A stretch of 64,000 nucleotides of DNA from Candidatus Marinacidobacterales bacterium (GCA_965219415.1 CBDCNP010000002.1:4352001-4416000), one strand, 5' to 3'; shown: positions 8,565 to 20,015, counted from the stretch's first letter. The notes: generated by a model not told the origin, from the sequence alone. Numbers and translations: made by a program.

Positions 8565-11261
8565 TCCTGCGGCCTGCTCTCGGCCCGTATCACCGACCCC
8601 GCGCGGCGTACCGCCGACGACTTCGCCGCCCACATGCGGACGAACCCGTTCCTCCGGGAGATGATGGAAACCTTCCTGCGCGTGGGCGGACGCCGCGGCA
8701 AAGCCGGCGGGTCAGGCATCGACTTCGACGAGCTGGGCGTCTCCGAGGTGGTGGAGCTCCTCGACCGGGCCAACATGGAGGAGGAGGTCCGCGACTTCGG
8801 CGACCGCAACCCCCAGGAAGACCCGGTCATTCACTTCTACGAGCACTTCCTCGCCGCCTACGACAAGAAGCAGAAGGTGAGCCGCGGCGTCTTCTACACC
8901 CCGCGCCCCGTGGTCTCCTACATCGTGCGCTCGGTGGACGAGCTGCTGCGCACAGAGTTTGGGCTAGAGGATGGCCTCGCCGACACCACGACCTGGAGCG
9001 AGATGGCGAGGCGCCACGAAGATCTGGAAATCCCGGAAGGCACCTCGCCCGTTCAGGCCTTTGCCCAGATCCTCGACCCGGCCACCGGAACCGGCACTTT
9101 CCTCGTAGAGGTCATCGACCTCATCCACGACACGATGGTCGAGAAGTGGAAGGGCCAGGGTCACGGCGAGAAGAAGATCCAGGCGCTCTGGAACGAGTAC
9201 GTCCCGAAGCACCTGCTGCAGCGCCTGCACGGCTACGAGCTACTGATGGCCCCGTACGCCATCGCCCATCTCAAGATCGGCCTCAAGCTCTTCGAGGCCG
9301 GCTACCGCTTCGCAAGCGACGAGCGGGCGCGGGTGTATCTGACGAATGCGCTGGAGCCGGCGGACAGCACGCAGCTCACGCTCGACTTCCTGCCGGCGTT
9401 GGCGCACGAGGCGCAGGCAGTCAACGAGATCAAGCGAAAGCAGCGCTTCACGGTAGTGATCGGGAACCCGCCTTACTCGGGCCTCTCTTCTAACATGGGG
9501 CCGTGGATTGATGGCCTCCTGAAGGGGCGGCTGCCCGACGGGACGGCGACGGCGAGCTACTACCACGTCGACGGCGAGCCGCTCGGCGAACGAAAGGTGT
9601 GGCTCCAGGACGACTACGTGAAGTTCATCCGCCTCTCGCAGTGGCTGCTCGACGGCACGGGTGCCGGCATCCACGGATACATCAGCAACCACGGCTACCT
9701 CGATAACCCCACGTTTCGCGGGATGCGCTGGTCGCTCATGCAGTCCTTCCGCCGGATCCGTGTGCTCGACCTTCACGGGAACCTCAAGAAGAAGGAGGCT
9801 CCGCCGGGGGGCGGCCGCGATGTCAACGTGTTCGACATCCAGCAGGGCGTGGCCATCGGGCTCTTCACGAAGGCTGCTGCAGCCAGATCTGTCTGCCACG
9901 CCGATCTCTGGGGTGAACGGGAAAGCAAGTACAGATGGCTACTGGAGCACGTGTCCTTAGCCACCGAATGGGCGCAACTGGAACCAGCTCCACGGTTCTA
10001 TCTGTTCGAGCCCTTCGACGAATCCGGCGCGGACAGCTACTCCGACTGGCCTGCGATCAACGAGGTCATGCCCGTGAACGTGACCGGAATCGTCACGGCA
10101 CGGGACGGTTTTGTCATCGACCTCGAACCGAGTGTCCTGCTGGATCGCATTGAAACGTTTCTTGATAACCGACTGAGCGACACCGAAGTCAAGAAGCGTC
10201 TCGGTCTGAAAGAGAACTACGCCTGGCGAGTCGCTGCGGCTCGGCGCGAACTCCGCACTGCCACAAAGCGCAAGCGGTTAGAGGACTTCGTCACCAAGAT
10301 TCTCTATCGGCCCTTCGACGAACGGTTCATCTTCTGGCATCCGTCCGTAGTTTGGAGGCCTCGGACCGAGGCCATGCCACACATGCTCGCAGGGGAAAAT
10401 CTGTCAATCGGCCTGACGCGAACGGTCGAAGTGGGTTCCGGGTTCAGCCACGTGTTCGCGAGTCGGGAAATGATCCAGCATCACACGGTATCTTTGAAGG
10501 AGGTGAACTACCAGTTTCCGCTCTATCTGTACCCCGGCGTCGGCAAGGCCGACGCGTCGCTGTTCAGCCGCTGGGCCGAGGGCAAGGACGGCCGCGCGCC
10601 AAATCTGGACTCGGGGTTCGTCGAGCATATTGCAGCCACCACCGAACTGCGATTCGTCAGCGACGGCTGCGGCGATCTCCGCGACACCTTCGGTCCCGAG
10701 GACATCCTCGCTTGGATCTACGGGGTGTTGCACAGCCCCCGCTACCGAGAGCGCTACGAGGCCCATCTGAAGCTCGACTTCCCCCGCGTGCCGTTGCCCG
10801 GAAGTGTCGACCTCCTCCGAAAGCTGGCGGAGGCCGGCCATGACCTGATGGCCCTCCATCTGCTCGAATCCCCGAAGCTCGGTAAGCCCATCACCAGCTA
10901 CGCCGGCCCCAGGAACCACGAAGTCGGAAGCGTCGGCTGGTTGGACCGCACCGTCTGGCTCGATGCCGGCAAGACCAACGCCCGCGAGGGCCACCGCGCG
11001 ACGATGCCCGGCACCATGGGATTCCAGGGCGTGCCCGCAGAGGTCTGGGACTTCCACATCGGCGGCTACCAAGTCTGCCACAAGTGGCTTAAGGACCGGA
11101 AGGGCCGCACGCTCTCGGACGAGGATGTCGCCCACTACCAGAAGATCGTCGTCGCCCTGAATGAGACCATCCGCATCATGGCCGAGATCCACGAGGTCAT
11201 CGAAGCCCACGGCGGTTGGCCCGACGCGTTCTCAAGAGCTTACACGTTGCGGCCGGTGTGA
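8565..11261 (+). CDS. N-terminally truncated type ISP/IIG-like restriction-modification enzyme (N6-adenine MTase + specificity domain)
   Basis: GVFYTP, ILDPATGTGTF, VIGNPPY, QDDYVKF, LDFPRVP, IGGYQVCHKWLKDRKGR. Recognisable sequence starts near GLLSARI with no native start or nuclease domain visible. Confidence 0.8.
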   Translation, partial: SCGLLSARITDPARRTADDFAAHMRTNPFLREMMETFLRVGGRRGKAGGSGIDFDELGVSEVVELLDRANMEEEVRDFGDRNPQEDPVIHFYEHFLAAYDKKQKVSRGVFYTPRPVVSYIVRSVDELLRTEFGLEDGLADTTTWSEMARRHEDLEIPEGTSPVQAFAQILDPATGTGTFLVEVIDLIHDTMVEKWKGQGHGEKKIQALWNEYVPKHLLQRLHGYELLMAPYAIAHLKIGLKLFEAGYRFASDERARVYLTNALEPADSTQLTLDFLPALAHEAQAVNEIKRKQRFTVVIGNPPYSGLSSNMGPWIDGLLKGRLPDGTATASYYHVDGEPLGERKVWLQDDYVKFIRLSQWLLDGTGAGIHGYISNHGYLDNPTFRGMRWSLMQSFRRIRVLDLHGNLKKKEAPPGGGRDVNVFDIQQGVAIGLFTKAAAARSVCHADLWGERESKYRWLLEHVSLATEWAQLEPAPRFYLFEPFDESGADSYSDWPAINEVMPVNVTGIVTARDGFVIDLEPSVLLDRIETFLDNRLSDTEVKKRLGLKENYAWRVAAARRELRTATKRKRLEDFVTKILYRPFDERFIFWHPSVVWRPRTEAMPHMLAGENLSIGLTRTVEVGSGFSHVFASREMIQHHTVSLKEVNYQFPLYLYPGVGKADASLFSRWAEGKDGRAPNLDSGFVEHIAATTELRFVSDGCGDLRDTFGPEDILAWIYGVLHSPRYRERYEAHLKLDFPRVPLPGSVDLLRKLAEAGHDLMALHLLESPKLGKPITSYAGPRNHEVGSVGWLDRTVWLDAGKTNAREGHRATMPGTMGFQGVPAEVWDFHIGGYQVCHKWLKDRKGRTLSDEDVAHYQKIVVALNETIRIMAEIHEVIEAHGGWPDAFSRAYTLRPV

Positions 11262-11473
11262 CTGGGGCTGTGACAGTGGCAGTGATTCGTCACGTTGAGG
11301 GGTGTCGGATTCCGCAAAACGAAATGACCGGATCTGACCGCTAAAAGCGGTAGCAAGTGATTACTAATCAGTATGTCATGGGCATTTCTGGACGGTGATG
11401 AACGTCAGACGATATCTAATGATGGACGAGTGGGAGGCGTTGAGCACCCATGGTGTGGAGTTGAAGAGAGACT

Positions 11474-11590
11474 GTGGCTGCCGCGTACGGTTGGTCGGCG
11501 GGCATCTCCGACGACGAGGTTCTCCGCGAGTTGCTGGCGCTGAACGGCGGACGCCAAGAAATTCGCGGAGACCAGTTGACACGGTACTGG
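11474..11590 (+). pseudogene. C-terminal fragment of an MmeI-like type IIL RM enzyme
   Basis: AAAYGWSAGISDDEVLRELLALN resembles the characteristic C-terminus of this family. Confidence 0.55.
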
Positions 11591-11749
11591 CGAGCCCGTC
11601 CCGTCCTGGTGCCAAAACTCGGCCCTTTAGAAATAGACCACAAATCAGCAGCTTAGACGCCCTTGGAATCCGCGCAGAATCCAGGGTATTTCGCGCCGCA
11701 GGGCTGACTTCCGACCCATGGGCTGGCGGATGAATAAATAGAAGGCACA

Positions 11750-12135
11750 GGTAGTGAATCCTGGTTCGCCCTCACGAATCGGAAGGCTTCGGTGGTACCG
11801 ACTCGGTCTCCCGAGCGAACCAGGCCGCGGCTTTTGAGAGGCTCTCCCGCTCCAACCGTAGTTGACGGTTCTCGCAGGCGGCGGAGTTCCGCACGCTCCT
11901 CACTCGTCAGACCGTCCCGCCTGCGACCCTCGTCGAGATCCGCCTGGTTCACCCAGTTCCGGATCGTCTGGCCCGAGGGCTCAAACTCTCGCGCCAGCTC
12001 TTCGGAGCCGCGGCCAGCTCGCACCAGCTCTACCATTTGGCGCCGGAACTCGGCCGCGTATCTGTTTCCCTGCTTTGACATCGTGGACTCCTGTCTCCCA
12101 AAGGATTAGGTGTCCACGAAAGCGGGTCAAGTCCA
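11750..12135 (-). mobile_element. IS3-family element A, 5' fragment (frameshifted orfA)
   Basis: MSKQGNRYAAEFRRQMVELV; terminal gggtcaagtcca. Confidence 0.85.
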
Positions 12136-12159
12136 GGGCCGAGTTTTGGCACAGGACGG

Positions 12160-12281
12160 GGTATACTGTCAAGTTGAGGCATTCAGGGCCGATCCGACCC
12201 CAAGATATTGGCAACGCCGTGCGCTCAAGCCCCATCATCTAGCGGCCCGTTTCGAGCTTGAGACCTCAACTTGACAATACC
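12160..12281. mobile_element. ~120-bp MITE with IS6-like ends
   Basis: IR tactgtcaagttgagg / cctcaacttgacaata. Related ends at 17996, 18254 and ~59745. Confidence 0.55.
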
Positions 12282-12363
12282 GTGGACGAGCCGGCAACAG
12301 TAAACGGAGCAAGCACCCAATCAACGCTGGATCGACTTTTTGCGGAGCACAGGGAGTACTGAA

Positions 12364-12565
12364 ATGAGTTTAGAAGATAAGACGATCAAGCGCACCGTCT
12401 CTGCCTCGATGTTTCACCGCCTTGGTGACGAGTTGATCAAAGATCCTCAAACTGCTTTCTGTGAGCTGGTAAAAAACAGTTTTGACGCAGACGCTACAGA
12501 GGTCCGCATAAGCTTTCGAAAAACCCGAACAAAGAATGGCACTATCTTCATCCAAGACAACGGTA
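12364..12565 (+). pseudogene. GHKL/MORC-type ATPase N-terminal fragment
   Basis: LGDELIKDPQTAFCELVKNSFDADA...IQDNG (N-box and G1), cut by IS3. Confidence 0.75.
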
Positions 12566-13642
12566 TGAAGTGACCCCGCTTTCGTGGACAGGTTAAGAGT
12601 TAGGGATCAAGCGTCGCGATAGTACCTCCTTTCGAATTGGATAGGCGAGCAATAGTCGATGGCGGAGTGTCGTCGTCGCGGGTTGTACCAGCCTTCGATG
12701 AAATCGAAGGTCGCCATGCGCGCCTCAGCGTGGTAGCGAAACGACCGGCGCTCGATCAGCTCGCACTCGAGCGTCGCGAAGAAGCTCTCGCACATCGCAT
12801 TGTCGTAACAGTCCCCGACCGAACCCATCGACGGTCGCACCCCGGCCTCCCGGCATCGCTGGCCGAACGCTAGTGACGTGTACTGCGTGCCCTGGTCCGA
12901 GTGATGGATGACGTCGCCGGGCTTGCGTTGGAACAGCGCCATGTCGAGGGCGCTCAAGACGAGCGACGTCCGCAGGTGGGTAGCCATTGCCCATCCGACG
13001 ATGCGTCGGCTGAAGGCGTCCAGCACGACGGCGAGGAACAAGAAGCCCGACCACGTGGGCACGTAGGTGATATCGGCGACCCACAGGCGGTCGGGCCGGT
13101 CCACCTCGAAATTCCTGTCGACGAGATCGGGGGCGGGACGGGCGTCGTCACAGCGAATCGTAGTGTGCGCCCTCTTGCGCCGGTGAACACCTTGAATGCC
13201 AGCCTCGCGCATCAGCCGCGCTACACGCTTGCGTGAGACGTGGAGCTCGTGTGTCTCTCGTAGCTCGTGGAGGATCCTCGGCGCGCCGTACGTGCTCCGC
13301 GACGCGGTGTGAATCGCCCGGATCTTCTCAAGCAACTCCGCATCCGACACCGCGCGGGCCGACGGGGCACGCTCAAGCCACGCATAGTAGCCGCTGGCGG
13401 AGACGTCCAGCAGTCGGCACATCGTGGCAACCGGTAGTGAATCCTGGTTCGCCCTCACGAATCGGAAGGCTTCGGTGGTACCGACTCGGTCTCCCGAGCG
13501 AACCAGGCCGCGGCTTTTGAGAGGATCTCCCGCTCCAACCGTAGTTGACGGTTCTCCCGTCGCAGGCGGCGGAGCTCCGCACGCTCCTCACTCGTCAGAC
13601 CGTCCTGCCTGCGACCCTCGTCGAGATCCGCCTGGTTCACCC
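12566..13642 (-). mobile_element. IS3-family element A, truncated; orfB 12607-13458
   Basis: End tgaagtgaccccgctttcgtggaca. Motifs YGAPRI, WVADITY, HSDQGTQY, YDNAMCESFF. Confidence 0.9.
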
Positions 13643-14065
13643 CGTCCTGTGCCAAAACTCGGCCCTTTTGAAATAGGCCATAAATCAGCAGCTTAGTGTC
13701 TGTGTTTGCGACTGGGCCAAGGCCGTAGGCTTTACAATCGTCTGGCCCGAGGGTGTTATCTTCAGACCCATGATGACCTACCACGTGCAATTCCTACTGC
13801 TCGTTGTGGCTGGCTGGGTCAACCGCCAGCAGCAGGATGTGATCGACTACCAGCGAGAGGAGAACCGTGTGCTCCGAGCCGGGCTTCGGGGCAAGCGTCT
13901 CAAGCTCTCTGACGACGACCGGCGCAGGCTCGCCGTCAAGGCCCAGGCTTTGGGCCGCGAGGCGCTGGCCCAGATTGCGTCGGTTGCCACACCCGCTACG
14001 CTTCTGCGCTGGTACCGCTACCTCATCGCAGCTAAGTACGATGGCAGCAAGAACCGGAGCCCAGG
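13643..14065 (+). mobile_element. rve element left end plus 5' half of its transposase (ATG 13770)
   Basis: LLVVAGWVNRQQQDVIDYQREENRVL...KYDGSKNRSPG, cut by a MITE. Confidence 0.8.
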
Positions 14066-14231
14066 GGTGCTTGCGCTGTTTGCTGTTGGTGATGTGTACG
14101 TATCCCCTTGCAAAAACAGCGCTTACGCTCTATTTAGCGCGCGGCGAAGGTTGTGAGAGCTATTTTGGCTGTAATTTAATGCAGCGTAAAGTCTTAGCGT
14201 CATCTCACCAACACTTAATAGCGGAAGCACC
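14066..14231 (-). mobile_element. 166-bp IS1-type MITE (copy 2)
   Basis: ggtgcttgcgc...gcggaagcacc. Confidence 0.85.
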
Positions 14232-14626
14232 AACGCTACTACCTGCGCATCTCCCGCTATACGATTCTCGTCGGCGGCGCCTTGGCTTTTCTCGGCTCGG
14301 TGCCGGATGTTGCGCTAATATTGGAGCTGGTCGCCTACGCCCTCGCTATTGTCGGGGCCAGTTTCTTTTTCCCATTGCTGGTCGGTTTGACGAACCGCCG
14401 CGTTTCCACGCAAGCGGCGGTCGCGTCCTGCGTCTGGGGAGGACTCACGACTGCGGCTTGGACGGTATTGACCCTGGCGGGCGTGTCTTGGGTCAAGGTC
14501 GTCCACCCGATTCTGCCCGGGCTCTTTATTTCCGGGCTGCTCATGTTTACCTTGACGCCGTTGGGACAACCGGTCCCGAGTGAAGCCCTACGGCGCTTTT
14601 TTCCGGAAGAAGCTAACGGAGGATGA
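14232..14626 (+). pseudogene. Sodium:solute symporter C-terminal fragment
   Basis: Hydrophobic helices, GASFFFPLLVGLTNRRVSTQAAVAS and VHPILPGL. The 5' end is replaced by a MITE. Confidence 0.6.
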
Positions 14627-14630
14627 AAGA

Positions 14631-15233
14631 ATGAAGGTTGGTATCGTTGTCTTCGATAAATTCTTGACCAGTGAAGTTACCGCGCCCATCGAGATCTTCG
14701 CGAAAGCAGGGAAGAAGGGGTCGGTTCCGTTCGAGCCCTTTCTCGTCGCAGAAGAGAAGAAGGTCGTCGTGAGCGAGGAAGGCCTGCGCGTCGAGCCAGA
14801 CTACGACTTCGCGAATTGTCCACCGATAGATGTCTTAGTCGTCCCGAGCGGTCTCGACGTGGAGCCACTGTTGGCCAACAATAAGCTGATCGGATTCATC
14901 AAGGACCGCGCCGAAAAAGCGAAATACGTCGCCAGCAATTGCGCCGGGGCTTTCCTGCTCGGCAAGGCGTGCCTTCTCGAGGGTCGGCGCGTCACGACCT
15001 ACATCGGCGGGACCGAGGACCTGGCAAAACGTTTCCCCGAGGCCAAGGTTGTCGACAACGAGCACATCGTCACCGACGGCAACATGATGAGCTCGATTGG
15101 GGAACTGATGACCTACGACGCGTCCCTAGCTTTGGTAGCTCAGATCGCTGGGCAGGAAACCGCCGACAAAACCGCCGAAGCGCTCTACTACTTCCCGTGG
15201 GGGAAAACTGCGTCGTCATCGAAGAGAATTTGA
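14631..15233 (+). CDS. DJ-1/PfpI family protein
   Basis: MKVGIVVFDKFLTSEVTAPIEIF, DVLVVPSG, ASNCAGAFLL (nucleophile Cys). Confidence 0.9.
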   Translation: MKVGIVVFDKFLTSEVTAPIEIFAKAGKKGSVPFEPFLVAEEKKVVVSEEGLRVEPDYDFANCPPIDVLVVPSGLDVEPLLANNKLIGFIKDRAEKAKYVASNCAGAFLLGKACLLEGRRVTTYIGGTEDLAKRFPEAKVVDNEHIVTDGNMMSSIGELMTYDASLALVAQIAGQETADKTAEALYYFPWGKTASSSKRI

Positions 15234-15282
15234 AGATCGTTCTCTAGGGCTTGAGGCCAATCAGCGGTCCTGCACGCTATTC

Positions 15283-15417
15283 TCAAAAAGAGTCTTTCAA
15301 TCGGGGATATTTCTTGAATTCTTCCGCAAGCAAAGACGCGACAGAGTTAATCCTCAAAAGGCACTCGTCGAGGCTGTCGAGAAAAACGTGCAGCCTATGT
15401 TCTCCGTCCAACCAATT
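15283..15417 (-). pseudogene. NACHT/STAND NTPase fragment (Walker B region)
   Basis: HRLHVFLDSLDECLLRI. Second copy at 39306-39359 + 40760-40850. Confidence 0.5.
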
Positions 15418-15652
15418 GGTGCTTCCGCCATCAAGTGTTGGTAGCCGCCGCGTAACCGGTCTGCGTGCTAGAGTTTGAGCCAGAATGGTGCTTGCGCTGT
15501 TTACTGTTGGTGATGTGTACGCATCCCTTTGCAAAAGAGGCGCTTACGCTCCATTTAGCGCGCAGCGAAGGTCACGAGCGCTATTTTGGCTGTAACTTAA
15601 TGCACCGTAACGTCTTAGCGTCACATCACCAACACTTGATGACGGAAGCACC
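15418..15652. mobile_element. IS1 left-end stub (15418-15486) plus 166-bp MITE copy 3 (15487-15652)
   Basis: ggtgcttccgccatcaagtgttggtagcc...ccagaat, followed by a full MITE. Confidence 0.85.
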
Positions 15653-16148
15653 GCCTGGACTGCAACAAGCAAGGTGCAGATGGCTAAACAGCCTGGAGGG
15701 CATAAGTGGCCAGCCCGATGGCCGCCACATGGTCGTTGCCCGTCTGGTCAAAATACTCGAACGCCCATCGGGTCAGCAGTTTGCACCTTTCCGAGGGCTG
15801 CTTGAATCTGGCATCGCGGTCGGATACGTATTTCTTCCGGGAGCGCAGTTCGTTGCCTGCAGCTCGCCCCGGCAGCCGATTTGAGCCAGCCGTGCGCACC
15901 CCCGGTGGGCCTGTCGCCTGCCACCCGCAGCCCAGGGGTCGGAAGCCAGTCCTGCGGCGCGAAATACCCTGGATTCTGCGCGGATTCCAAGGGCGTCTAA
16001 GCTGCTGATTTGCGGTCTATTTCAAAAGGGCCGAGTTTTGGCACAGGACGCGGTGCCTGACGTTCAGGGACACCTTTGTGTGTACTGACCCTGCCCGGGT
16101 TTTGTGGACACCAACCGAGGCGCGACAATGCGCCTGGAGGCGTCCATG

Positions 16149-16316
16149 GGTGCTTCCATCATCAAGTGTTGGTGATGTGACGCTAAGACGTTACGGTGCA
16201 TTAAGTTACAGACAAAATAGCGCTCGTGACCTTCGCTGCGCGCTAAATGGAGCGTAAGCGCCTCTTTTGCAAAAAGGGATGCGTACACATCACCAACAGT
16301 AAACAGCGCAAGCACC
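16149..16316 (+). mobile_element. 168-bp IS1-type MITE (copy 4)
   Basis: Same termini and interior as the other copies. Confidence 0.85.
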
Positions 16317-17462
16317 GAAGAGACCGGGTTGCGCGCCCTACTGAGCAGGAAAACCTCGATCCGCGACCACAAAGGAATCGTCGTCGCCAAGAAGATGTCT
16401 CGAAAGGTGAGCCGTCGCGTCGTCAGACCAGCCTGCATAGCCGGAGTTCGGATCTCACGTCCGAACTTCAGAGCTCCGTGCGGTCGGACGAAGTTGTAAT
16501 AGCAACGGAGCAACTCCAGGTGCTCATCGAGCCTCTCCGTCGAGCGAGCGTGGGAAAGCGTTCGTCTCGAAAGGTATGCCGAGCTTTGCCGGATGGTCAG
16601 ATTCAACCGCTCGACGAACGACGTGTTCAATGTCGAAGAGTCCTCGGAGTTATTGAGCGCGTCTTTGAATCGCCACGCGGCTCCGTGCAGCGCTCTCCGT
16701 TCGACCTTGATGATGCGATCGTTCCTGCGCGTTTTTAGGACCTGACCGTAGAGACACGCTGGCCCGAAGAAGCGACGGATGACCTTCTGGTAGAATTCGA
16801 ATCCATCCGTGACGATCAAGGGAAGACGCTCGCAATTCATCCGTCTCGAAAGGTCGCGCAACAGAGCGTGAGTGTTCCGGTAGCTTCGCCTTCCCGTCAC
16901 CGTCGATGGCCAGAGCCGAGACCAGACTTCGATTGTAACGAAGACCCAACTCGGTGTCTTCTTGTTGCCCGCGAACGTGCGAATCTCGTCGGCTTGAAGC
17001 TCTTCGGCAGCGAAGCCAGCGTTCCTTCTGTGATTGAATCGACGACACACTTGGGCTGCCTTCTCGAGCCAGCGGGCGATGGTGTTCCAGGCAATCCCTT
17101 TGATCCGGGAAATCGAGGAAATGCTGACACCCTCGACTCTGAGAGCGATGACCCCATCGAAAGTAGCTCTTCGATGTTGGAGACGGTAGTAGGGCGTGCC
17201 TTTCGTCGAGGAGAACGTCTTTCCGCACTCGCCGCACCGGTATCGACGGCGTTTCCCGGACCTGGTTCGGTAGAATCCGTGGCGAACGATGTTTCCGGAA
17301 CTGACTTTGCCCCGCAACGGACATGCGAGATTGAGACATCTGCGATTCTTCACTTTGGCTCGGCCCTGACGATGAGAGAACTGTGTCTTCGGAATTCTGG
17401 TCCAAACTCTAGCACGCAGACCGGTTAGGGGCTGGCCGCCAACACTTAGTTGCGGAAGCACC
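16317..17462 (-). mobile_element. IS1-family element, right end replaced by a MITE; transposase from GTG 17353
   Basis: Near-identical to 48829-50028. Confidence 0.85.
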
Positions 17463-17927
17463 GAGCACGCCGGAACGGATGTCGTTCGGCTGCCGTACCG
17501 TTCGCCGAATATGAACGCTTATGTCGAGAGGTTCGTTTTGTCGATCAAGAGCGAGTGCCTGGAGCGGATGATCCTCTTCGGTGAGCCATCGTTGCGCCGG
17601 GCCATCGCCGAGTTCATCCATCATTATCATGGAGAGCGCAATCACCAAGGGCTCGGGAACGTGTTGCTCGAAGCGGAAGAATGCGTCGGCAGTCCCCACG
17701 GGAAGGTGCGATGTCGTCAGCGATTGGGCGGCTTACTCAGTTATTACCGCCGCGCCGCCGCATAGGAGTTCGGGCACGCCAGTCTGGACGGAACGGATGC
17801 TCTGGAGGAGAGCTCTGCTCGGGAACGCTTATCGCAGAGCTAGTGCCTCGTCGGCTGGTCTCCGCGAATTTCGAGGACGCCTCCAGGATTCGAGATTTCG
17901 GCTCCGTTCGCGTTTTCGGACACGACG
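17463..17927 (+). pseudogene. rve transposase 3' fragment plus right end (…ttttcggacacgacg)
   Basis: SPNMNAYVERFVLSIKSECL, HGERNHQGLGN, RLGGLLSYY. The trailer recurs at ~20170-20233 and ~22530-22654. Confidence 0.8.
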
Positions 17928-17995
17928 GGTTTAGACTTCGTCGTGTCTAAAAACACAAACGAACTCAAGATCCGCGCCGGGAAGTTTCGGATGAG

Positions 17996-18254
17996 GGTAT
18001 TGTCAGATTAACGAAAACTCGGCTGACCGACCCCCAAGATAACGGGCTTGAGTACTGTCGTGAACCCGGCTTGTTGGGGGTCGGTCAACTAGCTTTTCGT
18101 CAACTAATAAGAAACTCAGGGTGTAGCGTTTGGGGGCAGTGACGTCAAAACCGAGTTCCCTCAGGCGTCGTGTTGAACCGGGGCCACCTCCAGCGACTAA
18201 CCGCGTTTCATGCATTCGGGGTGGCCGTCAGGCCGTGGAAAACTTGACAGTACC
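17996..18254. mobile_element. ~260-bp non-coding element with IS6-like IRs
   Basis: ggtattgtcagatt ... aacttgacagtacc. Confidence 0.45.
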
Positions 18255-18266
18255 CCCGAAGCATAC

Positions 18267-19157
18267 TTAGGTCTCAGGCACAGGCACTGTGACATCCTGG
18301 TCTAGTCGAACCGTAAGCACCGTGCCCCGGGGTAGCTCGACGTCCTCGCTTCCCGTTGCCAGGATGGCTCCCGCGCCCCCAAGGACGGCTCCCACGACAG
18401 CGCCTTTCTTTCCTCCAAGCACCGCACCGAGAATCGTCCCGATACCGGCACCTACTCCGATTTTCGTCTTTTCGTCCCCAATGCCCGTCTCCAGGTCATT
18501 TCCAGACGCGTCCACGACCGTCGCTTCGATCGCCTCGTATTCCCCGCGTATCTCTAGGCGCTCAAAGGCGAGGACCATGCGAGCCTTTCGGTCTGTCCGA
18601 CTCTCAGGGCGATCTACCAACTCGACGATGCCTTCGAGCACGGCACCGGCGGGAATCGCTACGTATCCACGATGAACAACCGGATCGACAACGGTGACCG
18701 TGAACTTATCTCCCACGCGTGAGGTAGCGGTGCTCAGGCTCTTCTGAAGCCGAGTTCGGAGCTCCACGCCGACCGGGACGGTTACGGTTGCGGTGCCTTC
18801 AGCCGCATCCTTGTGTAGATTGTGTAAGTCCGAGCTCAACTGCGCGATGGCGTCGCGGAGCTCTTCAATCTCAGCGTCGTCCATGCCGGTCCCAGCGCCA
18901 CCTTCCTCGCGGTGCTTTTTCATTTTGACCTTGAGATAAATCACGTTCTCGCGTATGTCTTGGACACGCTGGCCGATGTCGGGTGGCACCTTTTGATCCA
19001 CTTCCACTGCCTCGATCTCAGCCTCCAGATTCCGTAGCTTCATCTGGAGATCCTCGAGTTCCTGCTCGGTTGCGTCGCTAAAGGCCGATACCGGTTTCCC
19101 AATGCCAGCCGTCAATAGGCACGTCGCGAGTCCTAAGTAACGGAGCTTCCTTTTCAT
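18267..19157 (-). CDS. Secreted protein: coiled coil + TrbI/VirB10-like beta domain with glycine zipper
   Basis: Signal peptide MKRKLRYLGLATCLL; VPVGVEL..LSTATSRVGDKF; GAGIGTILGAVLGGKKGAVVGAVLGGAG; VELPRGT. Confidence 0.7.
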   Translation of the reverse strand: MKRKLRYLGLATCLLTAGIGKPVSAFSDATEQELEDLQMKLRNLEAEIEAVEVDQKVPPDIGQRVQDIRENVIYLKVKMKKHREEGGAGTGMDDAEIEELRDAIAQLSSDLHNLHKDAAEGTATVTVPVGVELRTRLQKSLSTATSRVGDKFTVTVVDPVVHRGYVAIPAGAVLEGIVELVDRPESRTDRKARMVLAFERLEIRGEYEAIEATVVDASGNDLETGIGDEKTKIGVGAGIGTILGAVLGGKKGAVVGAVLGGAGAILATGSEDVELPRGTVLTVRLDQDVTVPVPET

Positions 19158-19211
19158 GCATTCCTCCGCATCTATGTTTTTAGGTGGAGAATGTCGGGCC
19201 GATCTTGCACC

Positions 19212-19305
19212 TGTGCTCCGCAAAAAGTCTATCCAGCGTTGATTGCGCGTTTTAGACCTGCCATGGTCGGCTGCTTCTGGCCGATTTTCTTTTTTGCGGA
19301 TCACA
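19212..19305. mobile_element. 94-bp TGT…ACA MITE
   Basis: IR tgtgctccgcaaaaa / tttttgcggatcaca. A 56-bp version lies at 24912-24967; solo ends at ~6824, ~12335 and ~20109. Confidence 0.65.
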
Positions 19306-19307
19306 GG

Positions 19308-19865
19308 CTAAACGGCCTGGAGGGTGTAAGTGGCCAGCCCGATGGCCACCACATGGTCGTTGCCCTCGACGACCTCGAGACGGCAGGTGGCCAGCGTGCG
19401 TCCCTTTCGTACGAGTTCTCCAATGGCGAGCAGGTCTCCCTGGACTCCCGCCAGCAAGCTTATCTTGAACTCCACCGTCTTGACCGTGGAGCCCGGCGAG
19501 ACCGAACCCACCGCGAAGTTACCCGCCGTGTCGGCGAGCAGACCGATGAGACCCTCGTGGATGACGCCATGCCTTCCTTCGAACTCGGCCCGAAACGGCA
19601 AACGCACGCGTGCCACGCCTTTCTCGCAATAGCCGAGTGTCATGCCCAGGTAGCGGCTGATCGGGGCCGCCTCGAAGAATTGCTTGAGTTTCTCGTGATG
19701 CGCGGAACGTTCCGCCGTTTCACCCACCCGCTGCTGGCGGACACCTTTGGGCAGAGGAACCGGCACCAGCTTGAGCTCATTGAGGGGAGCCGGACGAGGC
19801 CGGGCGGCGGCTTTCTTGCTAGCAGGCCTCGAAAGGAAGTCTTTCTTCCCTGGTCCTTCTTTCAT
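19308..19865 (-). CDS. PaaI-family hotdog thioesterase
   Basis: YLGMTL, HGVIHEGLIGLLADTAG, TVEFKISLL. Confidence 0.8.
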   Translation of the reverse strand: MKEGPGKKDFLSRPASKKAAARPRPAPLNELKLVPVPLPKGVRQQRVGETAERSAHHEKLKQFFEAAPISRYLGMTLGYCEKGVARVRLPFRAEFEGRHGVIHEGLIGLLADTAGNFAVGSVSPGSTVKTVEFKISLLAGVQGDLLAIGELVRKGRTLATCRLEVVEGNDHVVAIGLATYTLQAV

Positions 19866-20015
19866 ATCGAGACACGCTCCACGATGTTGCGAGTGGCGTG
19901 CCGTCTACCGCCGGTCATAGATCAGTGTGGCCCGGGGGTCGGTGTGTCCGGCTAGGTACTGCACGTCCTCCAGGGGCACGTTCTGGCTGAGTATATCCGT
20001 GATCCCCATCACGCG
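19862..20015 (-). pseudogene. Tyrosine recombinase C-terminal fragment
   Basis: ITDILSQNVPLEDVQYLAGHTDPRATLIYDRR (LGH...Y motif). Confidence 0.7.

Noticed and set aside
7130-8565. ISL3 as the cause of the RM gene truncation
   Set aside because: ISL3 has a clean TSD, and I could not read the rejoined flanks as an RM N-terminus; the break lies about 50 bp downstream.
16064-17461. 465-aa extended IS1 transposase, and the many ORFs containing CLRCLLLVMCT or VLALFTVGDV
   Set aside because: Read-through into MITE sequence, not independent genes.
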